Origin: Devosiaceae bacterium | Lineage (GTDB): Bacteria; Pseudomonadota; Alphaproteobacteria; Rhizobiales; Devosiaceae | Reading direction: 5' to 3' | DNA: 64,000 nt | Assembly (NCBI GenBank): GCA_035493835.1 | Contig: DATJHO010000052.1 | Span: 1,497-65,496 of the forward strand | Shown: piece by piece, positions 59,766 to 64,000 of the stretch | Layout: each line of letters starts with the position of its first letter | Numbering within the stretch: the first letter of the stretch is position 1 | Position numbers and translations under genes: made by a program | The notes under the pieces: generated by a model | Databases searched by the model: none | The model's input: the letters and a program-made list of their open reading frames with translations, nothing else | Told to the model about the DNA's origin: nothing

Positions 59766-59790
59766 GCAGCGGACCACAGCGCCAAAAGTG

Positions 59791-60209
59791 CCAGTTGACC
59801 TGTAAGCCGGGTTCTGTAGGGCCGACCAGCCTGCCGGCACGAGGCCGACATGCTGCTCGACGTGGTGGCCATTCATCTGCGACGCCTGTTGCCAGCCGCC
59901 TCATGCAACCAACCCGGGTAGCTGGCCTCGAAAACCGGCCGGCTTACGCCGCGCTACCCCTATTTGGTCTTGCTCCCGGTGGGGTTTGCCGTGCCGTCCC
60001 CGTTGCCGGGGCCGCGGTGCGCTCTTGCCGCACCCTTTCACCCTTGCCTGCCAGATCTACCGAAATAGACCGGGCAGGCGGTTTGCTTTCTGTGGCACTT
60101 TCCCTGGGGTCGCCCCCGCCGGCCGTTAGCCGGCACCGTATTTCGATGGAGCCCGGACTTTCCTCCCCGCAAGGGTTACCCCAAGCGGAGCGGCCACCCG
60201 GTCAACTGG
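59791..60209 (-). ncRNA. rnpB: RNase P RNA, bacterial type A
   Basis: Minus strand reads CCAGUUGACCGGGUGGCC...GGGGAGGAAAGUCCGGGCUCCAUCG...GGUAAGGGUGAAAGGGUGCGG...ACAGAACCCGGCUUACAGGUCAACUGG. All universally conserved P4/J-region blocks are present, and the P1 strands at 60200-60209 and 59791-59800 are complementary. Confidence 0.95.
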
Positions 60210-60241
60210 CATGCGGATGTAGTGAGCGCGTGGGCCCCGCG

Positions 60242-60961
60242 TCAAGCGTTCTCGGCGCGGGCAAGCATCCTCGGCCGCACGATCTGGGCGTAGGCATGGT
60301 TGATCGCCGCCATGCGCGCGGTCGCGACCGCAATCAGTTCCTCGGGCACGCCCCGGGCGATCAGCCGGTCGGGGTGGTGCTCGGCGACCAGCCTGCGATA
60401 GACGCGCCGCACCTCGTCCGTGCTCGCCCCCGGCATCAGGCCAAGTACCACGTAAGGATCGGCGCCGTCATCGAGGTAGATGTGCTGGGCGGCGATCTGC
60501 TCGAAGCGCGCCTCGTCGAAGCCGAAAATATCGCTCACCCGCCTGAGATAGTCGAACTCGGCCTGGTGGAGCATGCCGTCGGCGGTAGCGATGTAAAACA
60601 GCCCGTCGAGCACATGCTCCAGGGTTTCAGGCGTATCAAAGAAGAAGCGCGCGATCTTTTTTGCATAGGCCTCGTAGCCGGCCACATCCTGCTGCGCCAA
60701 GGCGAACAGCTTGTCGACCTGGGTCTCCACGCCCTCCGGAATGACCACCGTCTTCTTGAAGGCCCGGATCTCGGACGCCGTCACCGCGCCATCCGAAACT
60801 GCCATCTTGGCGGATAAGGCAATGAGCGCCAGGGTGAACGCCGCATCACGGCCACCTGGCAGCCAGGTATCCGGATCGAGGGCGTTGGCAAGCGATCCCG
60901 CAACGCCTGTGCGTTGCGAAAACGAGCCCACTGCCTCGCCAATACGATGCCAGATCGACAC
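60242..60961 (-). CDS. djlA: DjlA-like co-chaperone (TerB domain plus C-terminal J domain)
   Basis: VSIWHRIGEAVG N-terminus, TerB-like central domain (ALSAKMAVSDGAVTASEIRAF...FYIATADGMLHQAEFDYL), J domain with HPD (DPYVVLGL...VAEHHPDRL). GTG 60961 with a GGAGAGG SD is preferred over the longer track ORF. Confidence 0.75.
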   Translation of the reverse strand: MSIWHRIGEAVGSFSQRTGVAGSLANALDPDTWLPGGRDAAFTLALIALSAKMAVSDGAVTASEIRAFKKTVVIPEGVETQVDKLFALAQQDVAGYEAYAKKIARFFFDTPETLEHVLDGLFYIATADGMLHQAEFDYLRRVSDIFGFDEARFEQIAAQHIYLDDGADPYVVLGLMPGASTDEVRRVYRRLVAEHHPDRLIARGVPEELIAVATARMAAINHAYAQIVRPRMLARAENA

Positions 60962-61240
60962 AATCCTCTCCGCGCCTTCGGCAGCATGCCGACCAAACGG
61001 GAAACACAGAATTCTCAGATGCAGAACGTCTTGCACGGATAAACCGCCTTTGCGAGCCCCGCTATATCGGGCGACAACCACCCTATGGGGGCAAACATGC
61101 CCGGAGCCTTACTGGCTCCTGAAAAATTGGTTAGTCAGCCCCCAATCTTGCTGCCGGATTGTTCATCCAACCAACAACAATTGGGGGGCCATGGCCCGCG
61201 CCATGACCCTGATGCCCATCACCTGTTAGGGATGCCTGAG

Positions 61241-61933
61241 CTAGTTCCCGCCGGACAGCAGCCCATGGGCGCGGAGGTAATCCTCCAGCGTGCCGGACTT
61301 CCAGTCCTTCAGATCGGCCTCGGTCACTGTCCGATCGACTACATGCGCGACCCGGACCGGCGCCGGTTGTGGCAGTGGCACACTCTGCGGCTCCGAAGCA
61401 ACCCCGCTGGTCGCGGCCCCAGATGCCCTGCCCGGCGAAGGTGCGCTGTCGAAGCGGGTGGCCAGGCGCTGCGCTGCCGGAGTCAGTGAGTTGGGCTGCG
61501 GAGTCTCAGTCGCGGCAACCGGCTTCGATGGCGCAGACGTAATGTAGCTGGGCAGCGCCTTGTTGGTCGCGAGATAATCCTTGACCGGATTCTGCGACAC
61601 CGGCGGGGCAGAGGCTGCGGGTGGCGCCTCAGTGGCAGCGACCGCCACGGGGGCGGCCTTCACCGGCGGCGGCGGAGCCGAAGCAATCGGGGCAGTGTCT
61701 GCCACGTGGCCCGCCGAAGCCGCCGGGCTGGCCGGAGCGGCAACGGTGGGCGCGACCGCCGCTACCGCCTGCGGTTTGGGAACCACGACGTTTGCAGCAG
61801 CTGGGACGTTTGCAGCAGCAGGCTTGACGCCGGAAAGCAGACGCGAACTTACCGTTTCCGCGGCAGGCACGGCTATGACAATGACCAGACCTGCCCATGC
61901 AAGGGCGCCTGTTACTTGCCTACGGAGGCTCAT
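61241..61933 (-). CDS. Membrane-anchored Pro/Ala-rich hypothetical protein
   Basis: N-terminal TM (GALAWAGLVIVIAVPAA), about 170 aa of low-complexity A/P/V/S sequence, and a short ordered C-terminus (VTEADLKDWKSGTLEDYLRAHGLL). Confidence 0.5.
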   Translation of the reverse strand: MSLRRQVTGALAWAGLVIVIAVPAAETVSSRLLSGVKPAAANVPAAANVVVPKPQAVAAVAPTVAAPASPAASAGHVADTAPIASAPPPPVKAAPVAVAATEAPPAASAPPVSQNPVKDYLATNKALPSYITSAPSKPVAATETPQPNSLTPAAQRLATRFDSAPSPGRASGAATSGVASEPQSVPLPQPAPVRVAHVVDRTVTEADLKDWKSGTLEDYLRAHGLLSGGN

Positions 61934-62000
61934 GCTGAGGGGTTCCTAATGCGCAATGACCCTTACCTAGAAAAGACGATTATGATGGCCAATTTGTGAT

Positions 62001-62927
62001 TTAGGCCGTTTCGACTATCGGCGACCGGTCAGGCCTGCGGCCGAGCAGGCGCGCCAGCGCCAGCACGAGGTTCGACCGGTTGAGCGTATAGAAGTGGAAC
62101 TCGGTGATGCCCTCATCGACCAGTTCCAGCACCTGCTCGGCAGCGACCGCCGCGGCCACCAGCGCATGCGTTTCCGGATCGTCCTCAAGTCCCTCGAAGC
62201 GCTCCGCCACCCAGGCCGGCATCACGGCGCCGCAGCTCCTGGCAAATCCGGCAATCTGCTTGAAGCTGTGGATCGGCTGGATTCCCGGCACGATCGGCGC
62301 AGTGATGCCCGCCGCCCTGACCCGCTCGAGGTAGCGCATGAAGTCGCGGTTATCGAAGAAGAACTGGGTAATGGCGCGACTGGCGCCGGCATCAATCTTC
62401 CGCTTGAGGTTGTCGATATCGGTGTCCCAATCCGGGCTCTGCGGATGCTTTTCCGGATAGGCAGCGACGGAAATGTCGAAATCGCCGATCCGCCGAATGC
62501 CTTCAACAAGCTCGATCCCGCTCTGGTAACCCTCAGGATGCGCCACGAAGGGCTTTCCCACGCCTTCCGGCGGATCGCCACGAAGCGCCACGATCCGCTT
62601 GATCCCCGCTTCCTTATAGCCTTCCACTACCGAATCCACGTCGGCGCGCGAGGCACCGACGCAAGTCAGGTGTGCTGCCGCCTCGACGCCCGATTCGGCG
62701 TTTATCTGGCGCACGATCCTGAGCGTACGCTCGCGCGTTCCACCGCCGGCGCCGTAAGTCACCGACACGAAGCGCGGATTAAGCGGCGCCAGCCGGCGCA
62801 GGCTGTCCCAGAACCGTTCCTCCATCACATCGGTCTTGGGGGGAAAGAACTCGAACGAAAGTTCGAACTCGGGCCGGCTGTCCGCGGCCAATCGGCTTGC
62901 GCGCTCATGCGCCAGATCGATCGTCAT
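62001..62927 (-). CDS. metF: Methylenetetrahydrofolate reductase
   Basis: SFEFFPPKT, VSVTYGAGGGTRERT, AAHLTCVG, ALRGDPP, ITQFFFD. ATG 62925-62927 shares one base with the upstream stop. Confidence 0.95.
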   Translation of the reverse strand: MTIDLAHERASRLAADSRPEFELSFEFFPPKTDVMEERFWDSLRRLAPLNPRFVSVTYGAGGGTRERTLRIVRQINAESGVEAAAHLTCVGASRADVDSVVEGYKEAGIKRIVALRGDPPEGVGKPFVAHPEGYQSGIELVEGIRRIGDFDISVAAYPEKHPQSPDWDTDIDNLKRKIDAGASRAITQFFFDNRDFMRYLERVRAAGITAPIVPGIQPIHSFKQIAGFARSCGAVMPAWVAERFEGLEDDPETHALVAAAVAAEQVLELVDEGITEFHFYTLNRSNLVLALARLLGRRPDRSPIVETA

Positions 62928-63889
62928 CAATTACTCCTTTGCGCCGTGCCCTCGGGCGAAAGCCGCCACAGGCATACGGTCAGGCCTTCGACATCGGCCG
63001 GTGGAAATGTTTTGAGCGAGCCGACCTCGAGGCCAGCCGCTTCCGCCCACGCGGTCACCTGCCCCTCGGAGAGCCCGAGGCGGCGATGCGCGTGGTGCGC
63101 GCGCAGGAATTCGAGCTCGTGCGGCGCGAAGTCGACGATCAGCATTTCGCCGTTCGGCTTGAGCACCGGACGGATCTCGGCCAGCAGCCGTCCGGGATCG
63201 TCAAAATAGTGCAGCACCTGATGAATGATCACCGCGTCCGCCGCCCCGACCGAGCGGTCGATATGGCCGATGTCCCCCAGGCGCACCTGTGCATGCTGGA
63301 TCCCCGCCGTCGCCAGTTTGGCGCGCGCTACCGTGAGCATCTCACGGCTGGAATCGATCCCGACGCCCCGCTTGTAGTGGTCCTTGAGCAGTTCCAGCAT
63401 TCGCCCGGTGCCGGTGCCCAAATCGAGCAGCAGGTCCACCTGCCGCCGCGAGAACTCGTCGAGCATCGCCGCCTCGACCGCCGAATCCGGCACGTGCAGC
63501 TTGCGCAACACGTCCCAGCTGTCCGCCACCTTGGCGAAATACGCCGCTGCCTGTTCCTGCTGCTGTGCCCTCACCCAATCGAGACGGGCTTGATCGCGCA
63601 TCCTGTCGGGGTCGTTCGAATCGATCCGGGTGATGAGCCAATTGGCCAATTCCGCGCCCTGGCCTTGTGCCAGCCGATAGCGGGCCCAGGCCCCTTCGGC
63701 ATTGCGCTCGATCAGGTCCGCATCGGCCAGTAGCTTCAGATGCCGGGAAATGCGGGGCTGGCTCTGGCCGAGGATCTCGGTCAGGTCCTTGACGGTGTGC
63801 TCACCGTCCGCCAGCAAGGCCAACAGCCGCAGCCGGGTCCCCTCCCCTGCTGCGCGCAACATGCCAACGATGGTCGACAGCTCAGTCAT
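62927..63889 (-). CDS. ArsR/SmtB-family HTH regulator fused to a SAM-dependent methyltransferase
   Basis: N-terminal LRAAGEGTRLRLLALLADGEHTVKDLTEILGQSQPRISRHLKLLADADLI (ArsR wHTH) and C-terminal LLDLGTGTGRMLELL (MTase motif I). Translationally coupled to metF. Confidence 0.85.
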   Translation of the reverse strand: MTELSTIVGMLRAAGEGTRLRLLALLADGEHTVKDLTEILGQSQPRISRHLKLLADADLIERNAEGAWARYRLAQGQGAELANWLITRIDSNDPDRMRDQARLDWVRAQQQEQAAAYFAKVADSWDVLRKLHVPDSAVEAAMLDEFSRRQVDLLLDLGTGTGRMLELLKDHYKRGVGIDSSREMLTVARAKLATAGIQHAQVRLGDIGHIDRSVGAADAVIIHQVLHYFDDPGRLLAEIRPVLKPNGEMLIVDFAPHELEFLRAHHAHRRLGLSEGQVTAWAEAAGLEVGSLKTFPPADVEGLTVCLWRLSPEGTAQRSN

Positions 63890-63906
63890 CCGTCTCGCCG
63901 CTCCAC

Positions 63907-63922
63907 ATAAAGATATCTTTAT
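63907..63922. promoter_or_regulatory. Perfect 16-bp palindrome ATAAAGATATCTTTAT; putative ArsR-family operator
   Basis: AT-rich perfect palindrome 18-33 nt upstream of the regulator ATG (63889), in otherwise GC-rich DNA. Confidence 0.4.
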
Positions 63923-64000
63923 ATGTAGCGCAGGCGTCAGTCCAGAGCCATGCTCCATCGGCAAGCGGGTCGTTCGATCACGAAAAAGGGGCCTGCGTTT

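Overview
GC-rich chromosomal segment (about 60-65 % GC by eye, not computed). It most likely comes from an alphaproteobacterium of the Hyphomicrobiales/Rhizobiales type. The supporting evidence is a circularly permuted two-piece tmRNA gene, an alpha-type SspB, rnpB directly upstream of the division cluster, the serB/miaA divergent pair, and an ArsR-methyltransferase/metF pair. Almost all of the window is core housekeeping. Left third, mostly minus strand: kup, pdxJ, ilvIH, cspA, miaA/serB, degP-DUF2065-hflC-hflK-folA-GNAT-thyA. Middle: ssrA, ycaQ, sspB, a 1247-aa AsmA-family protein, uvrD, prmA, pepP. Right half, minus strand: ligA-recN-bamD-lpxC, then a dcw (division/cell wall) cluster from rsmH to ftsZ, then rnpB, djlA-like and metF. 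No CRISPR array, prophage, transposase, restriction-modification or other recognisable defence system is visible. The most unusual content is the architecture of the dcw cluster, which deviates from the canonical order in three ways. (1) murD is absent, and its slot between mraY and ftsW holds an opposite-strand Phd/VapC toxin-antitoxin cassette whose stop codon lies one base from the mraY stop. (2) An FMN-reductase gene with its own terminator sits between ftsA and ftsZ. (3) mraZ seems to have decayed to a remnant interrupted by a repeat element. Other items that an ORF track misses: the tmRNA and RNase P RNA genes, two candidate small RNAs or structured UTRs, a 43-aa ORF with its own SD and terminator, and four families of REP/MITE-like palindromic repeats. 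These repeats fill most intergenic spacers and create many spurious N-terminal ORF extensions. All family calls come from motif recognition by eye. No database search or folding program was run. RNA ends and alternative start codons are approximate.
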